Positions 10,591-31,203 of a stretch of 64,000 nt of DNA are shown in pieces. The DNA is from Sphagnum compactum (lineage: Eukaryota). The stretch is from the NCBI GenBank assembly GCA_965153455.1, contig OZ234493.1:16792213-16856212 (forward strand), written 5' to 3'. The notes beneath the pieces were generated by a model that worked only from the letters and a program-made list of their open reading frames with translations, was not told the DNA's origin and did no database searches. How positions within the stretch are numbered: the stretch's first letter is position 1; each line of letters begins with the position of its first letter. The translations under genes were made by a program, and so were the position numbers.

Positions 10591-13500
10591 AATAAAATAG
10601 CAACTTTTTATGCATAAAAGAAAAAAATAAAAAAGAGAAGAAAAAGGAACTGAAAATGGCTAAGTCCCAGTTTTTATGTGTGTGTAATATTCCAAGGCGG
10701 GCATCTGGGAATATTACAGCTGGGACGAAAATGCCACCTCAGCCACCAAGCTATAGGTAACTGTAGCCAGTTGTGCCCACAGTGGGCAGACTGGTGAAAA
10801 AAAAAGTAAAAAAAACTTATGGTGGGGTGACAGAAGGTTTAGGAATCGTCACATGGTCATAATTATGACGCAACGCGGCAAAACCCTGGGTTACAACTTA
10901 CTTACTACTTACCACATGCCCCCGGGCTTAAAAGCACGCAAAAATAAGTTTTTATGAGCTGGCCAAATGGATGGATGGATGAAATAGCAGCAACCTCCTA
11001 GGTAGTTCCTAACTTACTACTTTATCCACATCCCTGCTGCTGCTGTACTATACTATATATAATATGGATGGATGAAATGTCCGTCCGGTTGGATGACGGG
11101 ACGGATTCATGTCAAATGTCCGTCCGGCTTAAGGGGAAGCTTCACGACGTCCTCGCTATATTTAGCTACTGTCCGTAGATACTGTCCGTCCGGGGAAGCT
11201 ACTTTCTTCCTTTCACAATATATAATTTGAGGCCTCTTAGTGACCATATTAAGCCCAGTAAAATATTAGATTTAATATCAAAGACCCTATTCTAATCTCA
11301 GTATAGGTATTTGTAATATTCAAAAGCAATTTAAATTAATTTTTGGGTTACGTTTTCCTAGGTAAGCAGGTTAAGCTAAGTATGTTTAGGTAGGTATCTT
11401 AGGCCACCTAGGCAACTTGGGTAAGGAAACTAGCTTTGTAGGTTCAGATAGGCAGGATAAGTAGGTTTCCAGGTAGGTAGCACTGTTTTGTTTTTTCAAT
11501 TTTCGGATGGAGTCAGGGTGGCAAGCATCCCTAGGTGGATTTAGACAGATTACTCAAGTTGGAGACATTATTTCAAAGTTGGGGACATTAAAACTGTAGC
11601 CAGTATACATTAATGTGACCACACCCTCTGCCCCCCTCCCCCCCCACCCCAGAATTGTTGTCATTTTTTGGCGATTTTAAATGAAAAACCCCCTTTGTAT
11701 TCATAGCCAGGGTATTTTTAAAATAAAAATCTGGGAAAAAAAAACACAGTTAGGTAGGTTAACTTGGTGGGTTTGGGTACGTAGGTATAAATGACAACTT
11801 CAAGTTCACCATCTTTTAAACCACCACATGGCACGATCTCGATTCTTTCATCTGCCATGCGGTTCGGTGATGGGATGCACACATAGTGACAGGTGCCATT
11901 ATTTGACACCTTAGGATGTGCACATATGTCACAATTTTTGATATTGTGGTAACTTTATATGGTGATTAGTACTTGACTCTAAAACATTGGTTACCGGATT
12001 TATTTGATTAAAGATTGTCTTATAGATCATGGTCTTTTGACCAAGAGTCGTCATATAGTCCATTGCCTATTCGACCAAGGCGTATCATAAAAATTGTTAG
12101 CTAATTAAATTAAACTTACTCAAAGGAAACCATGACCTTTTAGATGAAAATGAATCACTTCGACCATATGTTAATGAAATTTTTTGGTTGTTTATCTTCT
12201 CACTGCCCTTGGTCTTTTATATTTTATTCTTGAATACACATTGGGTTTTTGACCCATCGTAATTCTAAATGAAATTGTGTTGTCATATTTCATGACCACT
12301 CCATGTTTTAGGCTAATTGGTTTTTTAAACCAACCATGTTTTACGATGTGTTAAAATAGATCCCCTACAAACATAATTATTTTGTTGATAATTCAGGTCT
12401 ACAAATGGTGACAAGGTTAATTAAGCAAAATCAAATAATGGCAATGGTTACATGCTTAAATGGAATTCAGATTATATAATCACAAACCTATTACATTGTC
12501 CAAATATGTTTACATTGGCATCTAGAAAAAAGGTTCAAAAGAAGTTCCATGTGACAAAAACACAGCGTGATCTAATATCAACCAATAAATTGTCACTTCT
12601 AATATATACAATGACAATGCAATCCATACAAACAAGTTTTCATTTGTTGCCTAAGTAGACTACAAACATGAACTATTTAGGAACAAGTATATCTTTCTTA
12701 CGCCATAAGATGACACCATTTCCCATATCTTGCTAATAGTTGGGGTTGGGAAAGGTAACCTCACTATTCCTTTTTCATTACTTGTCACAACTATTTGGCT
12801 ATAATTGAGGATCAAGCCAAGTATATTTGTGAATATACCATTGACAATGCACAGGGCAGTGCACATGTGTAATTTGGAAGGGGGCTACTCTTGTTTGGAT
12901 TCCACATTGACAAAGTTGAGAATTTTTGTGGGTTGGATACTTTTGGAACAAACTATATGTGTCAGTGCATGATTTGGGGACAAACTTTTGGCTCAATCAT
13001 GATTATTTCGATTATAATAAATATAATGGTTATAATGGTTTAACATCCATAATGAAAATAGTACCAAGATGGATTTGGGTATGTTTTTGAGTGATGTAAG
13101 ATCATCTTCACAATGATATAATCTAAGGGGAGGGGGAAACACTAGTAAAAAAGTAGAATGTACACGAATAAAAATACAAGGTGCAATATATTGGTTGTTG
13201 GGTAAAAATTGTAAGTTAATTAGTTAAAAAATAAGGTGCATTCTATTGAAATAATCAATTCAATTATAATATAGGGTATGTAATAATATGAAATAATGGA
13301 TTGTAATCAATATAAGGTGGCTTTAATATGTATATGTTAGAAAATTAGATAATAATAGGGTGATAAAAATTAGATAGGATAATTATCTAATACCCCCCTA
13401 AAAAAGTTCATTTCACGCACGTAAATCCCAAACCTTTCACTAAGTGTCCCCTCGGGATATAATAAATCCATCGCTAACTTTTATCTTAAAATGAAGTAAC

Positions 13501-14234
13501 AATTCACCTATACCACCATCATTTCATCCAACCTCTAGAAACCAAGCTTGTTCCAATGAAAAGCTTGTTCTTGCCTTACGAATTATTATCATTCAATTCA
13601 AGAACAACATCATGGCCTTTGAACACAAGTTCATGACATCTTGTTGCCCTTGAAGGAGAATCAATAGAATATTGGCATCTTTCGTTGTTTTAAATCTGCA
13701 TTAGTAGGTGCCATATTAAAGTGGAAAAAATATTTTGTTGTTAAAAAAAAATCTAAACTTTGTTACCAATTCCTACATATAGCCAAGACCTAATCACGAG
13801 GAATGGTTAAAAAAGCTTGAATTTTTGGGGATATGGTGTGTCACGATATTGACAATAAAAACAAATGTATTTGTTGTGTTGATAGACCTCCTTAAAACAA
13901 AATGGAGGATCCTAAACATGATGCCGCAAACGATTATGGGTATATGGTTGCATTGAAGGAATCTAGGACCTAATTTGATGAAAACATTCTATTGAAAATA
14001 GTGAGTCTATTCAAGTTGTAGCACTTGATGCATTGTAGCCTTACCTTCATCAATTGTTGTCTTGTGTTGAAGAAAGTGCCAAGGTGGACAAACATGTAAG
14101 AAGACTTGAAAAACCTTGTTTATAAAATAATCCTTGGCAAATCGATGCCAAAAGATAAAACAAACCTGTTATGTAGTGTGCAAATCATGGCCACAAGTTG
14201 TTCAATGGCCCATAAACATAAAAGTGTCATCGTA

Positions 14235-22502
<8,268 letters not shown>

Positions 22503-22986
22503 GACTAGGAGCAAAACTTTGAAAGACTACCCACTATTGACCACTGCAAGCACATAGACACAGACAAGCGTGGCTTAGTATCCTCAACATCAATTGAAAA
22601 CAACAAAACTTGCCAAGTCTAGTATGCCGAATGCAAAAGAACTCTGATAAATTACAACACTTAAGGTTTTAGGTAGGGACATGAGCAAAAGTAGAGAGAT
22701 ATTGCCATGTGCTTGCATTTTGCTGGCACCTAGTTCAAATTCCCTCTGCATGGAAATTTCCTGTAACTCTAGTCTCTTTGAAAGTCAAGCCAAACGCTGA
22801 ATCTGCTGGGGCCAGAGCTTCACCAGCAGTAGACAAAAGCGTTGAAATTGACCAATTTGCCACCAATTGAATACTAAAGCCTGGAAAACTTCTTGTTCTT
22901 TGAGCTCTTGGTACGGAATTGGTGTTTATGTCAGTTGGGTAGCCAAGTCAAAGAGGTAGCCTAAGGGAAAATTTCTTGGAGTCCCC

Positions 22987-23620
22987 ATGAACCAGCACCC
23001 ACCAGTGCACCATGCAGAATGAATGGTAAGTGCTCTGGAAACAGTTTTCTGTTGGGGTCCAGTTCCCTTGCTGACGATGGCACTGGTTAGTCCAATTACT
23101 TTTTTTAAAAACAGCCATTACCTATGTATAAATCTTCTACTTACATGCTAATTACCTGTAATGTTGGCATTGCCTAGCAAGGAAAGGATATTGTCTTTAT
23201 ATTCATTAGAGAGTATAATAGTTTGAGGGATCTTGGCTACTAGGTAATAGGTTTACTTTCATATGAGGGTTTTTGAAAGATGATATTTTGGCTTGTGTTG
23301 AAACTTGAGATTAGTTATAGAGTTATATTATCTTGAAGGATTTTGATTTCTTTTAAAAGATTTTTTGAAGATTATATTTTTGCATGGTGAAATATTTGAG
23401 TTTCCATAATTCTTCTTTTGCCTTCAGATACTTTTAAATGTAAATGGCAAGGCCACAGTGGGGGGCACACCCCTTGTTACCTATCTGCCAACAAATGGAC
23501 AGCACCTACTTCCCACAGAATGGCTTACCAAGGTGAAACTAGATAACTCACTTGAGGTCTACCCACTACTTATTCATAACAGGCATCCAGTGGATGGAGT
23601 ACTGGTGGATACTGATTTGC
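22987..23620. mobile_element. MITE-like element of the CAGTGAACCAGCACC-TIR family, degenerate
   Basis: Left end gaaccagcacccaccagtgcaccatg and right end ccagtggatggagtactggtggatactg. Related to 30819-31203 and 32585-32910. Confidence 0.55.
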
Positions 23621-26600
23621 TCTAGACCTGGAACAGGCTCTGGTAATGCCCATTACCACGTAATTAGAGCTGGGTTCACCCTACCAGCTTTGGTGCGTTC
23701 ATAAATATACCTGGGCTGTTCCAAAGTTGGTGACTTGTTTTGGTGTCCTGTAAAGGACCCATATATATAGGTTTTAGATTTTTTCCTTGGGTGGGACAAG
23801 CTGGTGCTTCCACTTGTGGTGCTGTCATCAACAGTGGAGAGCAACCTTTCATGATGTGAATCCACAGTGAGGACCACCAAGGAACATTAGTCACCTTTTG
23901 AAACAAGCCCCCAGCTACAAATCTTTTATCACCTAATTGAACATCAGCTCACAACATTCCTAGGTGGAATGGGCCCCCTAAATGGAGGGTTTGGACTTAG
24001 TTCGTGTCTTATCCATGCATGAGTACTGTATCAGAGCTTGGACTTGGAGAACCATGTTTGGAAATGTCAATAGAAGTGCGGAGGATTTTTGTAAAATTAC
24101 GTAATGGCTGCGAAGAATGTCAAGACAGGTGCGTAGGATTTGTGCAACTTTATGCTAGCATGTCCATATTTGTCAAATCCACAATTGATTTCTGGTTTCT
24201 CTCCATAGTTGAACATCACAATGATTGTCCAGGGTTGAGAAGTTTGTGTGCTTGAGATCGTACCAACTTGAGCCTAGGTGTCATATAAGATACATTAATT
24301 AATAAGTTAAGTTAGGTTGATAGTTGGATAATAATTAAGTAAGTAGGTAGCTAAGAGGTTGTTAATAGATAAAAGATAGTAGTAGTGATGAAGTTGCAAT
24401 TGAATCGCAAGGTTATGACCACTTTCATTCTTGTGGCATTTCTTTGGGTTTAGGTGTAAAATGCAGTTTTCCAACAGAAATTTACCACTTTGACAAATGA
24501 AAATTATTTTTTAAAAAACTGCACAAACCCATACAAAATCCTACAAAAAGAACTGCACACAATCATTTTGCATAGAACCAAGCGGATAGAGCTTGGTTCC
24601 GAAAAGAGCTCGCCTAGGCTATTGAGCATCTCCCAATACTCTTACCGATGATGCTCTACAATGGACGGGTTACTATTTGTGAGCAGACTCAAAAGAGTCA
24701 GCTTACAGCTGATATCATCAGTGTAGGACTAAGTCTGATGGGCTATAAGCTCAATGGGCAGGTTCGCTGGTTGCCGAAAAATTATTCTCGCTATTCACAT
24801 CTGGAATGAACTGCCTGTATTATTGCCATACCTGCTTGAAATGTTCGTGTGTGCCCAAATGAATATTTTGTAAAACTCTCGTAATGGTCTTTGAATTGTA
24901 AGACATGGGCTACAGCCCAGCCCTAATGTCCTATTCATGTTGACACCTTAGGTTGCGGACATGCCTAATAATAGGGCTTGAGGGAGCTTCATTCACATTC
25001 CCCTTATGTACATTTCACACGTAGCCTTTTTCTTGTGCACTTGCAGTTTAATTAATTTGGAATATATTCCACTAGAATTGTTTGACAACTGTATCAGAAC
25101 TCATTAGTACATAGGATAGAAGCAGACTTTTTTTCATTTGTGAAATTTCATGAAAATGCGAAATAAAAAATTGAAAACTAAAAAATGATTTGATTTTTGA
25201 AGATTTTCAGTCAGGAGAAGTGAGGGGGGGAAAAAAATTGCCAAATTTCTGTAGAAAGGTGTGTGTAGCCAAAGATGTAGAAGGATGATGAAATTTTCTA
25301 TTTAGTATCTGGTTTATAGCCATATTTGAGGTGATTGCCACTTTTTCTACATGTTCCTATTGACAATCAACATTTTGGCTACAAACATAAATTCTTTAAA
25401 AAAACAGTAGATACAAGATTTTAGAAATCCCTCAAGGTTTGTAGAGGGTTTGAATATTTGTCCAAAAAGCAATAGAGTTATGCATAAAGTAAGACAAACA
25501 CATCACAAGAACCCTGAGTTTAGTCATACACAGGGTGAGATTAAAAAATAACCTGCAGAAAAGTACATTGGCAATCAAGGGGGGATGAAACTGAGAAAAC
25601 CATCAATTTTGGTAGTAAACTGAGTTTCATCCTGTCTTTCCTTTTTCCTGAGCTCCTCCAGTGCTGCTACATATATTTTCACTGATCTTATATGTAAAAC
25701 TATTATAATTAGTCTCGAAGCTTGTGCATTATTGCTGAGTTTCAGCATTTTGTACTGAGTTGCAGCATTTCATGTATTTCATGTTGAGATTTAATAAAAT
25801 GTCCTTACTTTGCAGATAGCACTGAAAGAGGGAATAGGGATGAAAGGAGGCCCAAAGACAGGGTGAAGACACGGTTACTTTGGAAATAATACTAATATGT
25901 GGCTTAAAAGATGTATTCAGTTATATTTTACTGCATTTTCATTTGTACCGACCAACAACTGCGTGCTGGAGTAAATGAGTCAGTACAATGAGATGCATTC
26001 TCTTGGCAGCTTGCTTTAGACAATGCTTTTCATGCACCACATGTGGAATTAGAGCTTGCAAAATTATTAGTTATTACCTGTCCAGGAACGCTGGATTGGT
26101 GAGCACAGCTTCTTTTTAAAATTTTGTGATATTGAAAAGTTTGCAAATTTTCCAAACAACTAGAAAATACGTCATTCACACTAGAAAACCCATATTTCCT
26201 AAAACATTCCCAAGTTTTCTACCAAAAAATCCTCAAAGTTTGTTGAACAAAAGTCATGGCAATCATGAACAGAGTTTGAATTTTTAATTTTGTCATAACC
26301 AGAAATTTGGTGAAATTTTCCAAAAACCAGAAAATGATTCAAATTTACAGGAGAAAACCCAAGATTTCCAAAAATTTCCCAACTTTTATTCAGAAAAAAT
26401 GTAAAAATTTGTTGGAAAAAACTGACTGCAACCATGAGCCTGTAAAAAGGTTGGGTTTGAGCACAAAATGCAAAGTAATCTGACAACTATGTTGGTGAGT
26501 AATCAGTGTATGGAGTCTAATGTTTGCAATAAAACCAAGGCTTACTTACAAGTAACAAGATGCACTCTTTTGTTCTTGTGTTCTCAAGCTAATTAGCCAT

Positions 26601-28786
26601 CTACCATGGGGTGTGCAATTATTCCAAAGGTATTCCATCCTTTGTGATGATTTCTTTTGGCGAATTTTCACCATGTTTGAATCTGCAAATCACATTTCAT
26701 CCTGTGGAAAGATTTTAAATTACGAAATGAATAGCACAAATTCGCCAGATTTTTTGTTTTAATATTCTGTAAATAGCCAGCTGTCTATAGTAGGTTGCAG
26801 AAGGCAGGCAAGAATACAGAGGGATTCACAATGTTTTTTCCTTCTATTACCTGGTTTAAAGCCAAATTTGGCAAAATCTTCTTATGATGCCCACTTCAGG
26901 TACATCACAAAATTGGGGGAAAAAAACGAAAAACCAAGAAAACCATTGTTACTTTGTAAGCTTGCTGGTGATGATACTTTTTGGATGCAAAACAGGCATT
27001 GAGCAGCTTACTAGGTACCCCCTGAAAATTTAATCAATGAGTTATGTTTAGATGAAATAAGCCTGTGAAAAGCCATTGGATCATAAAGGAGGAAAAAAGA
27101 ACTTGAATTCATGAATTGAAAGTATGAAATAACCTTCAACCTGTCACACAAAGGCCAACCAGAAAAAGACCAGTCAAGAGATAGATTAAAATTGAATACA
27201 TGTAAGTTGACTCGGAGATTTATGCTGGCTTGATCACTTGAAGACTCCTTTCTGGTGAAGGAACACCTAGGCTGGCACCATGGTGAAAAAGAAAGCCCAT
27301 CTGTTGCTCAAATAAAAGTTCTAAATTATGTCTGACGTATGTCTACTCAACATTGTGATATATGTTCTATGCCTTTAACGACTCATGTGTTCTGTTACTT
27401 TCACTAAATTTGATATGACCAACCTACCTTAGTGCCATCTCGTGATCTGCAGTTTGTGATGAAGTAAAGATCTGCATTCTCTTGTAAGCTGCCGCGTCCC
27501 GTTGTACTTTCCATTCACTATTTAGCATTGAAGAGCTTGCCATTTGCCACAAGAAGCATACTGAATAAGGGTGATGAAAGCTCAGGAGAGTGGGTACAAC
27601 ATGCCAAGGGAAAGCATTTGCAACAAAGTGAATGAGCTGGGCTCGCAGGTACAACAGACCTGATGGGCCTGTCAATGTGTGATGATACATGTGTGTCATT
27701 TGGACGGGCCAGTGTACTAGGCCTGACATTTGTCATCAATGCAAGAAGTGGCTTGAACGATGCATTCCCAAATACATTCCCCAACATGTTCCCAGTAGCA
27801 CCTCAATTTTGTCCCATAAAATAAAAATCCTGGCATGCTACATACCTGATGTATTTTTATTTTAAAAAAAAGTTGCCAAATTTTTGATATCACAGAGTGG
27901 TAAAATAAAATTTTGTCCTCAACTTTTTTTTACTCACGAGCAGTTTAATTAATTTGGAATATAATGGACTTCACATCACCCTACAATGTAGGGATACAAA
28001 ACTTTGGCTCCTTTTTGGGTCCCTCATAGCATTTCTACCTTGAAGGCCAAAGCTAACAAAAGGTTTGCAGCTAATGTCTCGTAACATGCCGCTTTGGGTG
28101 AGTTCATCTCGTTCAAGGTGGGCCTTGTTCCAGGACCACCATGGTGGCATGGGAAGCTAAACCATGGCAAGTTTGGGTTTGACTCCCCAACTCGTCTTAT
28201 GGGACTGGACCTTGTGATTGAGGGACTGTGGTTGAAAGCAAGTAGCGCTAATGATGAACTAAAAGTAGGTTCTTGGGGGGGGAGGGGGGGCAGGATGTCA
28301 ATTTGTCTCGAGGTGACACTTCATGTTGCCCTGCAAAACGTTTTTGGGGCCAAACACGGGGTTGTCCTGGGGCAACATTCGGTGTTGTCTCATATTTCCC
28401 TTTGAGACAACTTGGTGTTGTCTTAGAGAAGGCTTTGTGTCTTGAGACATCCATCAAGTGTTGTCTCTTGGGATGCCTTGGGCTAACTTGGAGTTGTCGT
28501 GAGAATTGGCTCTTGTGAAATGGTCTGCATTATTTTAAGGCTTAGCTTGTCTAAACTCATCTATCTTAAGTATGATTTAAGTCTGGAAGAAGCCGGAAGA
28601 CTTTTGGCCAACCTAGTGTGTTGTGGGCTGGAAAGGTTGCTATAAGAGAGGTGTTGGAAGGTGTGCAGAGCTTGGGCCACGAGAGCAGGAGGAACAAGCA
28701 AAAGGAGCATCTCATTTGGTTCTAGTAGGATGTTGGTTTGAGGTCTAATTTTAATTCTGCCAATGAAAAATGGGCCACATAATTAA

Positions 28787-29092
28787 ACCCACTTTAGACG
28801 AGGGTACAGGGTCCAATTTCCTAAGAACCAATTTGTACTGATTTGAAGCAAATTGAATCCTTGAGTCGGACTGTACCTTCGTCCCTAGCCTGATTTTTGC
28901 TTCCCCAAAACCTTTCAGCACTGTTTTCAAATTTTCCGTCCAAAACAGGTGCCATGTAGGTTCAGCCTCAGTTTGCCACTTTACGGTCTTGGACCGTCGT
29001 CTAAAGGCCTTGGAACCAATTTAAAGCTTTCGACTAATAAGATTGCTTGAATTCATTGGTCCCTGGGCCTTGGACACTCGTCTAAAGTCGCC
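28787..29092. mobile_element. Tourist/Harbinger-like MITE
   Basis: TIR ACTTTAGACGAG...CTCGTCTAAAGT with TAA/TTA flanks. The paralogous segment near 33218 (gggccacagaataagact) lacks it. Confidence 0.7.
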
Positions 29093-30066
29093 TTAGACTA
29101 GAATCCAAAATATGATATGAAATTGCGCAACACTATGGGCAGTACATCGTACCACTATTTGATCTAAAATATGTGGGCACTGGGATTTGCAAGAAAAGGA
29201 AAAATTGTTTGTGAAAATGCAAATCAGTTCAGTTGCAGTGATTTTTTTTTGTTGGCAAATTTTCAGCAAAGTTCCACCTGAAAAGGATGGTTTCTTACCT
29301 TACAAAGTAGTGGTTTCTTTCATTCTTTGGCCATTTTTGATCAAAATATTAAGAAAATTTTGGGAAGATGTGCTTTGCTACTGTACATTCAACTATTTTA
29401 TCCATTTTGGGGGAAACGTTTGCTAATTCCTATATGAAAAAATTTGGGGAAAAAAACCCTGATATGAAGGATATTCAAGGAAAATTCCAGCAAACTTCAT
29501 CAAATTTCGAAAATGAGAAAATTTCCAAATTGCCATTTTTTAATGATAAAAAAATTCCAGTGGGGAACCAAGCATATTGAGTTTTTCTTCGGTAACTTTC
29601 ATATCTGGTATATAGCCACACGTGGCTGGTCTCGACTTTGGCTATATCACAAAATTGGCAATGAAAACAAACTGATAATTTGATGAGCTTTGATAATTCA
29701 ATGCATTCTCCTTACTTCATATATTTTTAAGGGTCTATTCTAATTTATTTTTTGTTTGTCTCATTTTATTTCGTTTCAGTGCAAGTTCTGGTTGAAATTT
29801 TATTGTTTTGTTAAATAATATAAGGGTTATCAAAACAATCAACAGAAGCTGTGCATGTATTAAAGAACAATTCTTCATATGGGTAGTTTCAACTTGTAGG
29901 TTCTGGTATGGGCAAAAGACCTTCATGCCCATGTAATATGGGTATGATGATTCTTGTATTCAACATGCATTAATTTGCATTTAAAAGCTTTCTAACTGCC
30001 AATAAAAACATATTGGATCAGGGACATGGGTCCTGGTTTATGGAAAGTCTGGAGAACGAGTATAAG

Positions 30067-30322
30067 CAGTGTTTCTTGAAAATATGGTTTCAACCTCTAC
30101 AAAGGATTTCTCATAGAAAAAATTGACCTAAACTTGCCAGATATTGAAGGATTTGGTTTTCAAAGAACCAGATTTTTATGATGAGTTCCAGTAGGTAGAC
30201 AGTAATATAGAACAACTTTTTTTCCCCTACTTTCATATCTAGTATGGAGCCAAATTTGGCTAAATCGTTTTGTGAATGATGGCCACTTTGGCTACATCAC
30301 AAATTCCTTAAAAGAAACGCTG
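30067..30322. mobile_element. hAT-like MITE with CAGTGTTT...AAACACTG-type ends, from a multi-copy family
   Basis: Ends are cagtgtttctt and aagaaacgctg, with the internal motif gccaaatttggctaaat..gccactttggctacatcacaaa. Related copies at ~25123, 26640, 29237, 33361 and 36081. Confidence 0.55.
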
Positions 30323-30818
30323 GGTACAACATGTCAAGGATGTGTGCAACACAGTCAAAAAGCTACGCTTGAAAGTATGTTCAACTCGTAGCCCCAGTAA
30401 TGGGCAAAACGCCTTGTTGAACAGGTATTACTGTTCACATGTAATATCGGTACCGATGATTCTTGTAGGGCAACATGCATTAATTAAAATTAGAAAGCTT
30501 GCTCACTCGCCAATAAAAACATACTGCACTATGAGGGTTGTCAAAAGTCAGGACAGTCAGCACTGCATGCCAAGCCTCAACAATAAAGTGAATCCTTCAA
30601 AGTAAACGATCTCATGTATGATGATTCTCTCATTTAAGTGGGTTTATTAGTGTTCCAGGTCTGACAATTGGCATCATAACAAGAAGTGGCTTGACAGGTC
30701 CATTTTGAGAAGGCTTGTTGCATAGGATGCGTTCAATGCAGCACACCCATTGAGTAGCTTGTCACCTTCTGAGCGACTGCAAACCTCCAGCTTCTATAAA
30801 GCTAGCCTACAGGAGCCA

Positions 30819-31203
30819 CAGTAAACTATCACCCACCAGTGCACCATCCACTGGATGCATCTTATTACTCAGTTGTGGATGGAACCTCAACTGAGTTAAT
30901 ATTTGGTTTCATCTGGGGAATCAAATTTGTAGCAAATAGGTCTCATGTATAGGTAGATAGGGAGGAAAATAGGTAACCACTAGGTATGTAGATAGGTTAT
31001 ACATAGTCGAGGGCTGTTTTTACTACCTACCTACTGGCAAGCTGCTTGTGGGTTGTTGTGCAGGTCGTTAGTAGGTAGGTAGAGAAAAAAAGCAACTTAG
31101 CTAACCCCCATGGTTAGCTAAGGAACTGGAACCCAACAGAAAACTGTCAGCTGACCACTTACCATTCATCCTTCATGGTGCGCTGGCAGGTGCTGGTTCA
31201 CTG
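30819..31203. mobile_element. hAT-like MITE
   Basis: Imperfect TIRs cagtaaactatcacccaccagtgcaccat / atggtgcgctggcaggtgctggttcactg. The 8-bp flanks aggagcca and cggggcta match at 5 of 8 positions. Confidence 0.6.

Larger units (their letters stand above)
7818..11225 (-). mobile_element. Non-autonomous Helitron carrying captured gene fragments
   Basis: On the minus strand the 3' end is a hairpin CCTGTGC-attag-GCACGGG (7829-7847) followed by CTAG (7818-7821). It is inserted between A and T with no TSD, and the paralogous segment has the empty site at 40656/40657. It contains a PIF1 helicase remnant. The 5' end reads TT rather than the canonical TC. Confidence 0.88.

Noticed and set aside
27424-27787. 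ORFs of 101 and 89 aa on the minus strand
   Set aside because: The paralog at ~37355-37700 has indels that break these frames, and no family was recognised.
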